Counted from the stretch's first letter, positions 32,954-43,178 are shown. The stretch: DNA of 64,000 bases from a virus (IMGVR_UViG_3300037424_000993:11518-75517), one strand, 5' to 3'. Notes: a model not told the origin generated them from the sequence alone. Made by a program: numbers and translations.

Positions 32954-33672
32954 AAGCTCTTGAGAACTCTACGCTCGCGCTGCTCCTATTGTTCGGCTGT
33001 GGAAGCGAAGGGTCGCCACCCGTAGCGGGCAGCACAATTGATGGCACTGTCGCCGGCAACACTTCTGCGCGCTCTGCTGGAGGCGCATCAGCGGATACCG
33101 TGTCTACCGATGCGGTCACCGTGGCGTCCGTGGGTGGCACCGGACCAGAACTGACGACCGACTCCACCAGCGGGAGCAGAGACACGACGTCGTCCAACTC
33201 GACAGATACAGCATCGGCGTCCACCGAAACAGCGTCCGGCGGCACCAGCGGCGCGACATCAGCAGTTGCGACATCGGCAGGCGGCGGATCAACCGGCAGG
33301 GCCGACACGGTCAACACGGTTTCCGTAGGTGGCTCCGGAGGATCCGGCGGGACCGCGACATCATCGCAGTCGGCAACAACTACTGGCGCAGGTGGCGAGG
33401 GCGGTGCCCCAATTGAAGATTGTGAGTGCGATTCTGGACCATGCTGTGACGGGTGCGCCTATCTGCCATTTGGCACTGTGTGCGCCATTCACCAACCGTA
33501 TTACGCCTTTTGCTATGAGAGCAGCATATCCATCGACTACCAATATGTTTTCTGCTCTGGCGAGTCGCCAGATTGCGACGGACATACGCATCACACTCGC
33601 AATACATTCGGCTCCTGCCCGTCCGGAGAAATGTGCGTACCCGACAGCGCCCTAGGCGCTCACTGCGAATGA
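32950..33672 (+). CDS. moron gene 2: lipoprotein with S/T/G linker and Cys-rich C-terminal domain
   Basis: ATGA overlap; LALLLLFGC lipobox; CECDSGPCCDGC...C...C disulfide-rich tail. Confidence 0.75.
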   Translation: MKALENSTLALLLLFGCGSEGSPPVAGSTIDGTVAGNTSARSAGGASADTVSTDAVTVASVGGTGPELTTDSTSGSRDTTSSNSTDTASASTETASGGTSGATSAVATSAGGGSTGRADTVNTVSVGGSGGSGGTATSSQSATTTGAGGEGGAPIEDCECDSGPCCDGCAYLPFGTVCAIHQPYYAFCYESSISIDYQYVFCSGESPDCDGHTHHTRNTFGSCPSGEMCVPDSALGAHCE

Positions 33673-33677
33673 CTCCG

Positions 33678-34385
33678 CTATCCGACTCTCACAATGCTCA
33701 GCCGGTTGTTGTCGCCACCAGAAAACGCCATGTCCCCAGATGAGTTAGCGCGAACCCTGATCGGCTCGGTCGGCGGGTCCGAAATATCGAAGACCGCTGA
33801 TCCTGCTACGCCTACCCCTTGTGCTGGGTCGGCGTTGAACCGCATTGATTCAGCAAAGAACATTCTCACCCCTCCCATGTACGCCCCCAGGAGCAGCCTG
33901 ATTGGGTCCACGACGGATGTCGTCGTGACCCGCGCAACAATCGACACCAGGTAGCGACCAGCTTCGGTGACCGTTACCGTGCCCCCTCCACTCAGAACAA
34001 TGTCAGCGTCCGCGAAATCCTCAGCAAGCGCGACAATGTCATTGTCGCTGTAGCCGCTTCCCGACATGACATAGCGCGCCGATCCAGCGGTAACCTTTGG
34101 GGCTGCTGCTGCAACAGCTTCTGTCTCGGCTAACGATGTTGCAATGGATTTGATTGCATCCAGATATTGCGAGACGCCAGCGGTGTCCGGGGTGCCGCTT
34201 GGTGACACTTGCACAGCGTCTAGCAGAGCCTGCTGAAAACCCCATATATCGTTGACTACCTGCGCCTCCAAAGGAGTGCCGCTACCGTCCCCTGCGACTG
34301 TCACATTGCGAGCTTTGCCGCGCGGGTAATCCGGGTCTCCAATGATCACCTGTCCTGGGTAAAGTGCGGAGGGGTCGATTGCCAT
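33678..34385 (-). CDS. tail fibre / baseplate attachment protein
   Basis: GDGSGTPLEAQVVNDIWGFQQALL...GTPDTAGVSQYLDAI fibre N-terminal anchor. Confidence 0.75.
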   Translation of the reverse strand: MAIDPSALYPGQVIIGDPDYPRGKARNVTVAGDGSGTPLEAQVVNDIWGFQQALLDAVQVSPSGTPDTAGVSQYLDAIKSIATSLAETEAVAAAAPKVTAGSARYVMSGSGYSDNDIVALAEDFADADIVLSGGGTVTVTEAGRYLVSIVARVTTTSVVDPIRLLLGAYMGGVRMFFAESMRFNADPAQGVGVAGSAVFDISDPPTEPIRVRANSSGDMAFSGGDNNRLSIVRVG

Positions 34386-34392
34386 GTTTTCC

Positions 34393-35610
34393 TCAGATGT
34401 AGAGCGGGTCGCCGTCCAACTTGGTTTTTTCGCCGGGCTCCAAAGTTGCGGCCGAACCAGGTACCGGCGTGCCACCAACTGTTAGCTCAACATCAAGCAC
34501 GGTGCCGGCAGCTGCGCTAACGATGTTGTCTACTATGCCAGCGATGGCGGCTCGCGTTACGCGGTCCCTCCTGGGCAGCACCGACAGTCCTACGATGTAG
34601 GGCTCGCGCGAAAGAAAGTACTCGGAGAGCCCAGCTTTTAGCGCTTCCTTAGTTCCGGCAGCGTCTTCCGGCACATCGAAACCTGTAATGGTCACCCCGT
34701 ATGCCGTGCGCAATATTGGGTAGTAATTCACCAGTGCGTTGGCTGGGCGCCGCGTGGGGATGCCGCCGACATCAAGATCGACAACGGCCTTCACTGCTGC
34801 GAGTTCACCCGTCGGGACTGGCCCCGGGGTACCAGTCGCGACGCCATCGGGGGACACGGAACTCTCCACATACAAGTCCACCTGCCCCGGGCTATCGCTC
34901 GTGTACGGGTACACGCTCGCGATGCCCGCTGCCTCTTCGCCCCACTGCTGGTAGTCCGCATAGGCACCGCCCTGGGGTCGCTTCTGGAACTTCTGCACGA
35001 TGCGGGCCCGGTATTGGGCTTCAGTCTCACCGTCCTCGCCATTTACAACTTGAGCCGTGACCGTGGCCACGCGCGAGACATTTGGTAGCGGACTCGAGAA
35101 CTCCAGCTCATCACCGACGAGCAGGTTGCCAATCTCGCCAGCGCCGCCGTTGCCGCTTGGGTCAGCGACAGCCCGCACATCCACCGTCTTGGTGGCGGCA
35201 TCGAGCGTCACCGGGGCGAGCGTGAAGTAGGTGACCTGAGTGCTCGGATTCACCAGCAGTGACTGCGCCGGCAGCGTATCTGTTTGGTTGGTGACCGTGA
35301 TCTGAATCGTAAACTCGCCGCGCGTCGCTGGCTCCGGGTCACCGACTCCGATAAGGCGACCCCACTCGACCAGCGGAGTGACAACCTTTCCGTTGATGGT
35401 CGTAGGACGGAACGACGCGTGAGCGACGAATAGGTTCAAAAAGATTGTGCCGCCGTACTTGTACAGCAGCATAAACACGCCCGCGAGCGCGGCGGCGAGC
35501 ACGCGCGTGAACGCCTTGGGCAGCAGCGGAATGGTCGTCGACAGCTCCGCCTCTACCTGAGAGACGATCTGATTGCGCACATCGACTGTTGTTGGAACTG
35601 CTAATGCCAT
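34393..35610 (-). CDS. baseplate J-like protein (Mu gp47)
   Basis: DGETEAQYRARI...PQGGAYADYQQW. Confidence 0.9.
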   Translation of the reverse strand: MALAVPTTVDVRNQIVSQVEAELSTTIPLLPKAFTRVLAAALAGVFMLLYKYGGTIFLNLFVAHASFRPTTINGKVVTPLVEWGRLIGVGDPEPATRGEFTIQITVTNQTDTLPAQSLLVNPSTQVTYFTLAPVTLDAATKTVDVRAVADPSGNGGAGEIGNLLVGDELEFSSPLPNVSRVATVTAQVVNGEDGETEAQYRARIVQKFQKRPQGGAYADYQQWGEEAAGIASVYPYTSDSPGQVDLYVESSVSPDGVATGTPGPVPTGELAAVKAVVDLDVGGIPTRRPANALVNYYPILRTAYGVTITGFDVPEDAAGTKEALKAGLSEYFLSREPYIVGLSVLPRRDRVTRAAIAGIVDNIVSAAAGTVLDVELTVGGTPVPGSAATLEPGEKTKLDGDPLYI

Positions 35611-35613
35611 GCG

Positions 35614-36048
35614 TTACGTGCCCCAGGGGATGGGCGGGAACTGAAACGGAATCACTCGACCGTCGACCTCGGCAAACACATCGAGCTGCACTGTTCTGAG
35701 CGCAGGCATGCGCGCGCGCGCGGCCACGAACGTCGCTACACCGGTCTCGGTCGCCCACGCTAAGTCTTGGTTCGCCGCCTCTTCCAGCTTGCGAAGGTTG
35801 GCTGTCGTGGCTGGCATCGAGCGAATAACGGACTGCGTGCGGCTGCGGTAACGTCGCGTTGGCTCGCCTTCGATCAGATTGCCCCACCACTGTTTAGTGA
35901 GCGTGGCATCGCTGCCATCGTCGTCATCGTTGCCGCCGAAAAGCGAGAGGTAGAACGCGCTCGAAAGGCCGTCGTCGGTGACGAGCTGACCATTCGAAAG
36001 GCGAATGTCGCCGTCGTCTTGGGACTGAAAGATTTGAACGTCGGTCAC
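35614..36048 (-). CDS. Mu gp46-like baseplate protein
   Basis: DDGLSSAFYLSLFGG...WWGN...RS...EEAANQDLAW. Confidence 0.85.
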   Translation of the reverse strand: MTDVQIFQSQDDGDIRLSNGQLVTDDGLSSAFYLSLFGGNDDDDGSDATLTKQWWGNLIEGEPTRRYRSRTQSVIRSMPATTANLRKLEEAANQDLAWATETGVATFVAARARMPALRTVQLDVFAEVDGRVIPFQFPPIPWGT

Positions 36049-36332
36049 CAGAGAACCAGCACGCGCGTCACGGTGGTCGACGCTCGGATAGCGAAGATGC
36101 CCAGCGTGAGCGGGATGTTTTTCGATTCAAGCAAGTTGCCGGAATAGGTCTCATCGCCGTACTTTGTGGACAGCGTGAGCGCACCGGAGCCGGCTTCCAG
36201 GACCCACAATTGGCGAGCGCTCTTGCCGCTTGGCCCGGCTGCGACAAGGTCGATGTCCTCTGCAAAAGACGCGTACTCCTTTGCGAAGATTCCGACGTAT
36301 TCGTCTGTGTTGATCTGATCTTCGTCTGCCAT
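36045..36332 (-). CDS. hypothetical virion protein
   Basis: ATG at 36332 with GGAG RBS. Confidence 0.55.
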   Translation of the reverse strand: MADEDQINTDEYVGIFAKEYASFAEDIDLVAAGPSGKSARQLWVLEAGSGALTLSTKYGDETYSGNLLESKNIPLTLGIFAIRASTTVTRVLVLW

Positions 36333-36333
36333 T

Positions 36334-36774
36334 TTAGCTCCAAGGCACCGGCGCTCCACCACCTGACGGCGTCGCGGTACCCGTGCGTGCCCACGTGTCT
36401 ATTGCCGTCGCGTACTTCTGCGCCGCGGCAGCGTGCGTCTCCGGAAACGGAGGCGCGAATAGTGTCGCGAACCCCACCGGGGAGGGCGGCGGGGTCGCGA
36501 CGAACGCAGGCGCCATTCCGGTGCCTACGGTTGTCGCAAAAGCCTGGAACGCTGCATCCATTGGTGACGCGGCATCCTCGGTGCCGAACGCGCTTGCCAG
36601 AGCGCCTGCTAGCGTCGCCTGGGCCGCGCTGACCGTCGTGGATGCCGGGACTACCCCGGAGGCGTAAGCGCCCACGGCGTCCGCCCAGGCTTGCCCGCAC
36701 TCGGCCACAGTGGCCGGCGGGGAGGCGAACAGGGATTCAAGGTCTGATTGGAGACCGGGTGCACTCAGAGGCAT
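36334..36774 (-). CDS. hypothetical virion protein
   Basis: 146-aa Ala-rich ORF after the spike gene. Confidence 0.6.
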   Translation of the reverse strand: MPLSAPGLQSDLESLFASPPATVAECGQAWADAVGAYASGVVPASTTVSAAQATLAGALASAFGTEDAASPMDAAFQAFATTVGTGMAPAFVATPPPSPVGFATLFAPPFPETHAAAAQKYATAIDTWARTGTATPSGGGAPVPWS

Positions 36775-37253
36775 TAGGCGCTAGGCGTTGGCGGACCCGT
36801 CGGTCCGGTGGCTGAGGGGTGAACATGCAGGTCGAGCGACACACCGAGAGCCGTCTGGACGTCGCCAGTAATCGTGATAGTGGCGCCGTTGATCTCGCAG
36901 CTCCCGTCTGGGTTCATCTTGCCGGAGCCAGCGGCGTTCGAGAATTCGATCGTGCCGTCGCCCTGCAGGTGGACCTCGGCAACGATGACACCGGCCGGGT
37001 TGCGCGCGTAGAACCGGAACTCGCCAGGCTCTGCCGTGGCGTCATTCTGGGTGTCCTGATAGCCGCTGACTTGTTGGGCACCGGTACCGGTCGAGTCTTC
37101 AATTGCAGCCGTGTCGCCCGGCAGCGGAGGCGCATCGACGCCGGCCGAGTCGTAGTGACCAGCGGTGAAGATTTCGCCGCCGCCGACGTCAACCTTGGTC
37201 TCTGGTCCGCTTTCGGTCACCTCGTAGTCGAGGACTTCGCCTAGGCGTCCCAT
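36774..37253 (-). CDS. baseplate central spike (Mu gp45-like)
   Basis: GVDAPPLPGD...PGEFRFYAR...VSLDLHVH (His-x-His tip). Confidence 0.85.
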   Translation of the reverse strand: MGRLGEVLDYEVTESGPETKVDVGGGEIFTAGHYDSAGVDAPPLPGDTAAIEDSTGTGAQQVSGYQDTQNDATAEPGEFRFYARNPAGVIVAEVHLQGDGTIEFSNAAGSGKMNPDGSCEINGATITITGDVQTALGVSLDLHVHPSATGPTGPPTPSA

Positions 37254-38368
37254 TAGAGCGCCCCCAAAACTTCGTCCTCGATCGACAGCCCGCCGATGCC
37301 GAGCGATAGACCCTCGTCCCAAGGAAGACTCTCGGGGCTTTCACCCGAAAACGCGCCAGGCATGACCAGGTTAAGCGATGCCGTCTGCGAGTCCGCGGAT
37401 GCCTTCAGCTTCACGTGGCGGATGAGGAACTCATACGGCTCGTAGATCATCATGTCCGGGCAATGCAGCTCGATCGTGGTGTTGGGTCGAAACAGGTTGC
37501 CTTTCGGATCTCTCCACGTCGGCAAATCCTCGACGTCCACCGCCGCCATATTTGCGAACATTCTGCCTAGCTTTGCCCTGACCGCGTTGGGCGCGTCGCC
37601 GGGCTCTGTGTCTTGGAGCTTGAACGCCATCGGCCTGAGCACGTTGGTCAGCCACGGATTGCGCTCGCGAAACTTGCTGCCCTTTTTCTTGCGCGTCCGC
37701 GGACAGAACCCGGTCATCTCGCTGAAGTAATCCTGCGAACTGAAAGCAGCCTTCACCGTTCCTGCCGGGCGATTCTCGAGTCGCGCAACGGGGCTGCCAG
37801 TGGTGACCGATCGCCAGCACAACAGGGCACCTGCCTCGGTACTGGAAAGCACGAAGTTCCTCTGTTTTGCCAGCTCGATCAAAAACGAGAGCGGCTTCTT
37901 GTCGACTTCGAGAGCCTCCTTTTTGAAAGCCGCTCCCGTGTCAATGCGCACATCAGAGTCTAGTTCGAACGGACCAAGCAGCGTGCTCATGATCTGCACG
38001 AAGGTCTGCTTGTTGAACTCGAGCGGCACCGAGTCGCCTGGCATCGTGCAGTCGCCCAGCACGCCAGGGAGTGAGTAGCCAGCGATTGCTACCGTGCTGC
38101 CGTCAGCGTTGCTCTCTGGCGCGATGTCTACCACCGTGCCGGTGAACAACGGCTCGCCGCCCAGATGCACCTCAAGAGACTTGTATTTGAAGGGGCGGAA
38201 TATCTCCCGCAGATCGTGCCGGCTCGAGTCCCACGGCGCCTGAAGTTCGACGGTGGAGATTGTATCGAGCGAAAGCGTGACCTTCACCTCGGTCCAATAT
38301 CGAAGCTCCTGGTCATCAATGATGACCGTGACCTCGTCCGGATCCTTCGGCTTGAGCAGAGACAACAT
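37253..38368 (-). CDS. baseplate hub (Mu gp44/gpP-like)
   Basis: WTEVKVTLSLD...LFTGTV...G.SLPGVLGDC...WRDPKGNLFRPN. Confidence 0.85.
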   Translation of the reverse strand: MLSLLKPKDPDEVTVIIDDQELRYWTEVKVTLSLDTISTVELQAPWDSSRHDLREIFRPFKYKSLEVHLGGEPLFTGTVVDIAPESNADGSTVAIAGYSLPGVLGDCTMPGDSVPLEFNKQTFVQIMSTLLGPFELDSDVRIDTGAAFKKEALEVDKKPLSFLIELAKQRNFVLSSTEAGALLCWRSVTTGSPVARLENRPAGTVKAAFSSQDYFSEMTGFCPRTRKKKGSKFRERNPWLTNVLRPMAFKLQDTEPGDAPNAVRAKLGRMFANMAAVDVEDLPTWRDPKGNLFRPNTTIELHCPDMMIYEPYEFLIRHVKLKASADSQTASLNLVMPGAFSGESPESLPWDEGLSLGIGGLSIEDEVLGAL

Positions 38369-38371
38369 GCT

Positions 38372-39727
38372 TCACGCGTCCGGGTAGTAGACGATGAGCT
38401 TTTTGCGTGGCAGCTCCAGCACCTCGTCCCCGGTCAAGTTGTTCGTCTGGATCATGAAGTCCAGTCGCTCATCAACCTGCCCGTAAAGCTCCGCGCACAG
38501 ATCGACAATCGTACGCGGACGGTCGAGCACGATCTGACGCTCTGGAATGAGCGTGAACGAGATGTCGATAAGTCGACCTGCGGCCAGCGCCACTGCAGAC
38601 TGCAGCTGCTGGAAGCTGTCGCCTTGGTCGACCTGGAAGGCTCCGATTTCGGCAGCGCCCTCTAGCGCCTCGAACCCACCGTCACGCCACGCCACGAGCG
38701 CCGCCATCTGCGCAAGCACCTGCTCCGCCGCTGCGATCGCCTGAGGGCGCGTTTCATACTGGGTCTCTAGCGTCGTCGCAACAGAGCTCGCTACCGCGCT
38801 GGACGCGAACAAGTCGGCCACGTGCCAATCGTTAGCTATCTGCGTCGTGCGCACCGCTAGTGCAGTGCCAGCCGCCAACGCTTCACCTGGTGTGCCCGCC
38901 GCTGACTCGAAGATACTGTTCGCTAGATTACGGTAAGCATCAAGACGAGAAAGGATGCCGTCTATCGCGCGCGCAGGTGCGCGCACGAGGTTGACGCATT
39001 GGCGCGCGAGCAAAAGCGGCTGCCCGACAAGCACGTCCAAGCCGAAGTTGATCGTGCTCTGGATGTCCGCGAACTCCCGCCGGACGCTAGCGACAGAGTC
39101 GCTGGCTTGCTTCAGAGCGGCGCTGGTTTCGCGCAGAAACTTTTTGATCGCGCTCTTCATGTTGGCGCGCTCAATGGCGCCAGCAAGGCTCGTGCTGTCA
39201 GAAAACTGTTGTGCCGCTGCGACGTCGAACCCGAGTATCGATGCTTGAATCTCGCTGCGCGGGTCGCCGAGAGCTGACGGGTAGACCGCCCCCAGCGTCG
39301 TCAGAAACGTGACTTCAACGATCGACTGATTCGCCTCTTCCTTCAGATCGTCGCGTCGAGTGACGGTTCCGAACGGCACAACGTCTGGAATCGTGCCGTA
39401 GAGCGGATGCTCAAGCTTGCCGATGCCCGGCTCCAGTAGCGCCGCTTCGAACGCGCTGGCCTCCAGGTCACAGTTCTTTCCGTTGAAGTAACAGCGCAGT
39501 GGATATCGCCGCTCGCTGTATCCCTTCTGTTGCACATACGCACCGTTCACCCCGGGGAAGGTGAAGACGGTGCCGCGCTTGTCGAAGTTGCGGGAAACGC
39601 TCTCCCACTGAAACAGAATACGCGTGCCAGTGGGCGAGATATAGGCGCCCTCCTCTATGCGGTCTTCCCACGATGCACCGAACAGATCGAGCAGACCGGC
39701 AATGCCGGGCGGGACGAAGCCTGCCAT
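38372..39727 (-). CDS. DNA-circularisation-domain tail protein (Mu gpN-like)
   Basis: W.DRI.EGAY...F...FEAALLEPGIGKLEHPLYG. Confidence 0.85.
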   Translation of the reverse strand: MAGFVPPGIAGLLDLFGASWEDRIEEGAYISPTGTRILFQWESVSRNFDKRGTVFTFPGVNGAYVQQKGYSERRYPLRCYFNGKNCDLEASAFEAALLEPGIGKLEHPLYGTIPDVVPFGTVTRRDDLKEEANQSIVEVTFLTTLGAVYPSALGDPRSEIQASILGFDVAAAQQFSDSTSLAGAIERANMKSAIKKFLRETSAALKQASDSVASVRREFADIQSTINFGLDVLVGQPLLLARQCVNLVRAPARAIDGILSRLDAYRNLANSIFESAAGTPGEALAAGTALAVRTTQIANDWHVADLFASSAVASSVATTLETQYETRPQAIAAAEQVLAQMAALVAWRDGGFEALEGAAEIGAFQVDQGDSFQQLQSAVALAAGRLIDISFTLIPERQIVLDRPRTIVDLCAELYGQVDERLDFMIQTNNLTGDEVLELPRKKLIVYYPDA

Positions 39728-41979
39728 TAGAGCCCCCCACTGGGCGGCACGTGGATACGCCCACTACGGGGCTGTTTGTCGACAGACACCACGCCAGGCG
39801 GAGCGTTGACGTTGAGTTCGCCGAACCAGTCGCCGCCGCCCGCTCCGCTCCCAGCGAGTTCCTCTGCCATTTGTCGTGACCCGCGCTCTTGCGGGCCAAC
39901 CGGAGCCGGCTCTGTCCTACTCGCCAATGCCTGACGCTCCTTCGAGCGTTTGATCGCTTGCTCGTTTTGGAATGCGTCAACGGCTTCAAATGGGTCGAAC
40001 GTGCCGCGCTTCCACATTTCGCCGATGGTACCGGTAACGCCGAGACCCTCGGTTTCCGACGCTAGCTTGTTCGCTTGATCCATCGCCAGCATGACCGCGC
40101 CAACTGCAGCTGCAGCAGCTCCCGCGCTGACAGCTAGCGCTTTCATTGCCGCGGCTCCTGCAGTGGTTGCTGCGGTACCGGCTACTGTGGCGGCCGTTGC
40201 CCTGCCTCTGGCAATCGCGTAGATGTTGGTTGCAGCTGTGCCCAGTCCAGTAGCCGTGTTAAGCGCGATCTGTGCGACCTTGCGCGCCACCGTTGCCACG
40301 GTGTCAGCAATCGTCTTGACCGTGCTTCCAGACGTCGCGAACGAATATGCCGCAACCAAAGCGGCTCCGGCTTTTGATACCAGGTTGAACGCCGTGTGCG
40401 CCGCGTTTCGCGCCCAGGTTGCCACGGTGTTCGCGCCGCTGGCCGCAGTCGACGCAATGGTTGTTGCGGTGACCCGCGATGTTGCCAATTGCGCCAGGGC
40501 TAGAGCAGCATTCATAACCTTGGTAGCGGCCACCTTTGCCCACGTTGCGACCGTGGACGCGACCACAACTGCAGTATTGGCGATGACCGCTGCCGTACGT
40601 GCAACAATTTGGCTGGTAAATATGCGCCCCACCACCGCTGCGGCCTTGGTGGCTATCTCGAACGCAGCGACCGCAACGCTGGCCACCTTTACTGCAGCCG
40701 CGAAAGTGTAGAACACGGCAAGCCCGACACCGATCCGCTTTGCCCACTTGGCGATCTCTGGCAGCTTCTTCTTGGTGTCGTTCACAAAGTCGACGAACTT
40801 TGACGTAATGAGCTGTTCATTCTCTCCTACCCACTTCGTCATGCCCTGCACCAGACCACGCAGTGGAGCGCCCTGGGTCTCGAACAGCTTCACCTTCACG
40901 GCATCGACAGCGGACCCTAGCAACGTCATGTCGCCCTTGAAGTTGTCCATTTTCAGGGCCGCCATCTTCTTAGCTGCTCCCTCGGCGTTCTGAAGCTGAT
41001 CGGTAAGCGTCGTAAGTTTTCCGCTCTCAAACAGATCCTTCAGGTTCGCTGCTGCCTTCTGCCCGCGAAGCCCAACGAGGTCCGCCAAAAATGCTACTTG
41101 ATCGAAGTTGCCGCCGGCCTTGTTGGACGCAATTGAGATCTGCTCAATCACTTTCTGCAGCGGCAGCATATTGCCCTTAGCATCCTTGAACGACACCCCG
41201 AACTTTTTCATTTGTGCGGCGACCGCTGCCGGTGGCTTGGCAAGCTTCGTCAGCATCGTGTTCATGGCGGAACCGGCGACGCTCGCATCTAGGCCAACGT
41301 CCTGGAGCGCAGCGACGCCAGCCACGGCGCTCTCCAGTGGCACGCCTAGCTGCCGCGCCGTCGACGCAACATTGCGCATCGACTCGCCAAGGCTACCGAT
41401 CGAGCTATTCGTCTTCGAGCTTGCCAGAGCAAGAACGTCGGCGACGCGTGTTGCCTCGCTTGTCTCCAGCCCCATGCCTTTGAGCACATTGGAAACGTGG
41501 TCCGCAACCTCTGCCATCTCCAATCCGGAAGCCGCCGCGGCGTCCAACACGCCGGAGACACCACTCAAGATCTCTTCGTTCTTGAATCCAGCGCGCGCCA
41601 TGATTTCCATGGCGTTCGCTGCTTCACTCGCCGTGAACTTGGTGGTTGCGCCAAGCTCTTTTGCCTTGTTTTCCAGACTTGATATCTGGTCGCGCGTCTG
41701 GAGCCCAACGGCGCCAACGGCGGTGATCGCTTCTTCGAAGTCAGCCCCGGCATCGATGACACTCTTCGCAACAACTCCGCCAGCAGCGGCTGCGGCTGCA
41801 GCGCCAACGGCAACGCGCTTGAAAGCGTTGTGCATCGCACCGGCGGCAGCGTCGGCTTTGCGTAGCCCGGATCGCAAGCCACGAGCGAAGCGCTTAAAGC
41901 GCCCCTCCATGCTGGCAACCGTGCGATTGAACTTCGCAGCGTTCGCGGTAAACCGTGCTTCGAGCGAAAATCTGGACAT
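39727..41979 (-). CDS. tape measure protein (TP901-like core)
   Basis: AKELGATTKFTASEAANAMEIMARAG...; Ala-rich 750 aa. Confidence 0.92.
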   Translation of the reverse strand: MSRFSLEARFTANAAKFNRTVASMEGRFKRFARGLRSGLRKADAAAGAMHNAFKRVAVGAAAAAAAGGVVAKSVIDAGADFEEAITAVGAVGLQTRDQISSLENKAKELGATTKFTASEAANAMEIMARAGFKNEEILSGVSGVLDAAAASGLEMAEVADHVSNVLKGMGLETSEATRVADVLALASSKTNSSIGSLGESMRNVASTARQLGVPLESAVAGVAALQDVGLDASVAGSAMNTMLTKLAKPPAAVAAQMKKFGVSFKDAKGNMLPLQKVIEQISIASNKAGGNFDQVAFLADLVGLRGQKAAANLKDLFESGKLTTLTDQLQNAEGAAKKMAALKMDNFKGDMTLLGSAVDAVKVKLFETQGAPLRGLVQGMTKWVGENEQLITSKFVDFVNDTKKKLPEIAKWAKRIGVGLAVFYTFAAAVKVASVAVAAFEIATKAAAVVGRIFTSQIVARTAAVIANTAVVVASTVATWAKVAATKVMNAALALAQLATSRVTATTIASTAASGANTVATWARNAAHTAFNLVSKAGAALVAAYSFATSGSTVKTIADTVATVARKVAQIALNTATGLGTAATNIYAIARGRATAATVAGTAATTAGAAAMKALAVSAGAAAAAVGAVMLAMDQANKLASETEGLGVTGTIGEMWKRGTFDPFEAVDAFQNEQAIKRSKERQALASRTEPAPVGPQERGSRQMAEELAGSGAGGGDWFGELNVNAPPGVVSVDKQPRSGRIHVPPSGGL

Positions 41980-41982
41980 GAG

Positions 41983-42273
41983 CTAGCGGCGTCGGCGCCC
42001 CAAATGACGATAGGGCCGAAGCGAATTGTTCGCCTCGGCCCTCTGGTAGTGCTTTTTCAATGTCTTCCGCAGTCCGTTGTAGAAGAAGCGAATATCGCTC
42101 ACCGTCAACGTGCGTGGATCCGGCAGCCCCGGGTAGTCCATGCAAATCTGCAGGAGCATGTCACGGTGCACATTTGCGGCCGTGTTTAAGCTGCGCTTTG
42201 CGGCGCCCGTTCCTTCGCTTGGCAGTCGCACGTCGTGTCCGCCTTGAATAAGCGTGTCGACTGTTAGTCCAAA
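41983..42273 (-). CDS. tail assembly chaperone, -1 frame extension (gpT-like)
   Basis: Open -1 frame from the slippery site; DYPGLPDPRTLTVSDIRFFYNGL. Confidence 0.75.
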   Translation of the reverse strand, partial: FGLTVDTLIQGGHDVRLPSEGTGAAKRSLNTAANVHRDMLLQICMDYPGLPDPRTLTVSDIRFFYNGLRKTLKKHYQRAEANNSLRPYRHLGRRRR

Positions 42274-42671
42274 AAAAGGTTAGCCAGCGCCAGGCATAGG
42301 TTGAAGTCGCGCATGCGCAGCCTAGAGATTTCTCCGCCCATAAGACGGGTCATCGAGTGCGCGACAGCCACTGTTTTGCTGATGTCACCTTCGAACTTGT
42401 CGGCCGCCATAAAGTCCGCGCCAGTCGCCTCGTGGAACGTGATCGCCGTCACCCCTTTTGGCGGATTCTCCGGGGTAAACGTCGGCGTTCCGTCGTCGGC
42501 AATAACGAGCGTACCTGCCACAATAGCGTCGACAGCCTTCTTCCTGCGATCAGCAAACTGCTTCTTGTCGGCTACCGACATCTTGCTTTCGTCAATGTCA
42601 ACGCGCCGAGCCGCGCACATGCGCTCGAACTCTGCCAGCGCCACTTCGGGCGCGACTCTCTCATCAGCCAT
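42264..42671 (-). CDS. tail assembly chaperone (gpG-like)
   Basis: Between the tube and tape-measure genes; ends CTT TTT TTG GAC TAA. Confidence 0.8.
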   Translation of the reverse strand: MADERVAPEVALAEFERMCAARRVDIDESKMSVADKKQFADRRKKAVDAIVAGTLVIADDGTPTFTPENPPKGVTAITFHEATGADFMAADKFEGDISKTVAVAHSMTRLMGGEISRLRMRDFNLCLALANLFLD

Positions 42672-42702
42672 AGTTCCTCCCTGTGGCTTTGGGTGTTATG
42701 GG

Positions 42703-43086
42703 TTACTGCTGCTCCAGCCCGCCTGGTCCGGAGAGACTCAGGGAAGCGGTAGTGTTTTGCGTGCTACGCTGGACCTCAGCGGAGACCGTTCCGCGCGCTT
42801 GCCAGGTGACCCCGGACGCCATCGTGATTTCGATCGGGACCCAGTCCTTTTCGGCTGAGATTTCCTGAAGAAATTCCTGGTCCGCGCGGTTGTCGTCGAT
42901 CTCGACGGACAGCCCGTCAATCATCCACGGCACGCGCGTCAAAATCTTGCGCGCAGTGCCGTCACCGTTGGCTTGCACCTCGGCCTCGAAACCGCCGGTT
43001 TTGGTGTTTGCGTCCGCGTCCGCAGCCACGGGGAAGAGTCGCCCGCGGATGCCAATCGATTCGATCGACCCACCGATTGCAGTCAT
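42703..43086 (-). CDS. tail tube protein
   Basis: 127 aa directly after the sheath gene; IGGSIESIGIRGRLF, Mu-like tube size. Confidence 0.8.
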   Translation of the reverse strand: MTAIGGSIESIGIRGRLFPVAADADANTKTGGFEAEVQANGDGTARKILTRVPWMIDGLSVEIDDNRADQEFLQEISAEKDWVPIEITMASGVTWQARGTVSAEVQRSTQNTTASLSLSGPGGLEQQ

Positions 43087-43178
43087 GTGCCGTTACCTTT
43101 TCCTGTGCAGAAGGCGCACGTCTCCCGGCCCGCTCGCGCAGCTAGGCGCTCGGGCTAGTTACGTGAGCGAGTGATGAG

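Noticed and set aside
26651-34385. Diversity-generating retroelement or invertible tail-fibre shufflon
   Set aside because: No reverse transcriptase, no TR/VR pair differing at adenines, and no invertase or inverted crossover sites seen by eye
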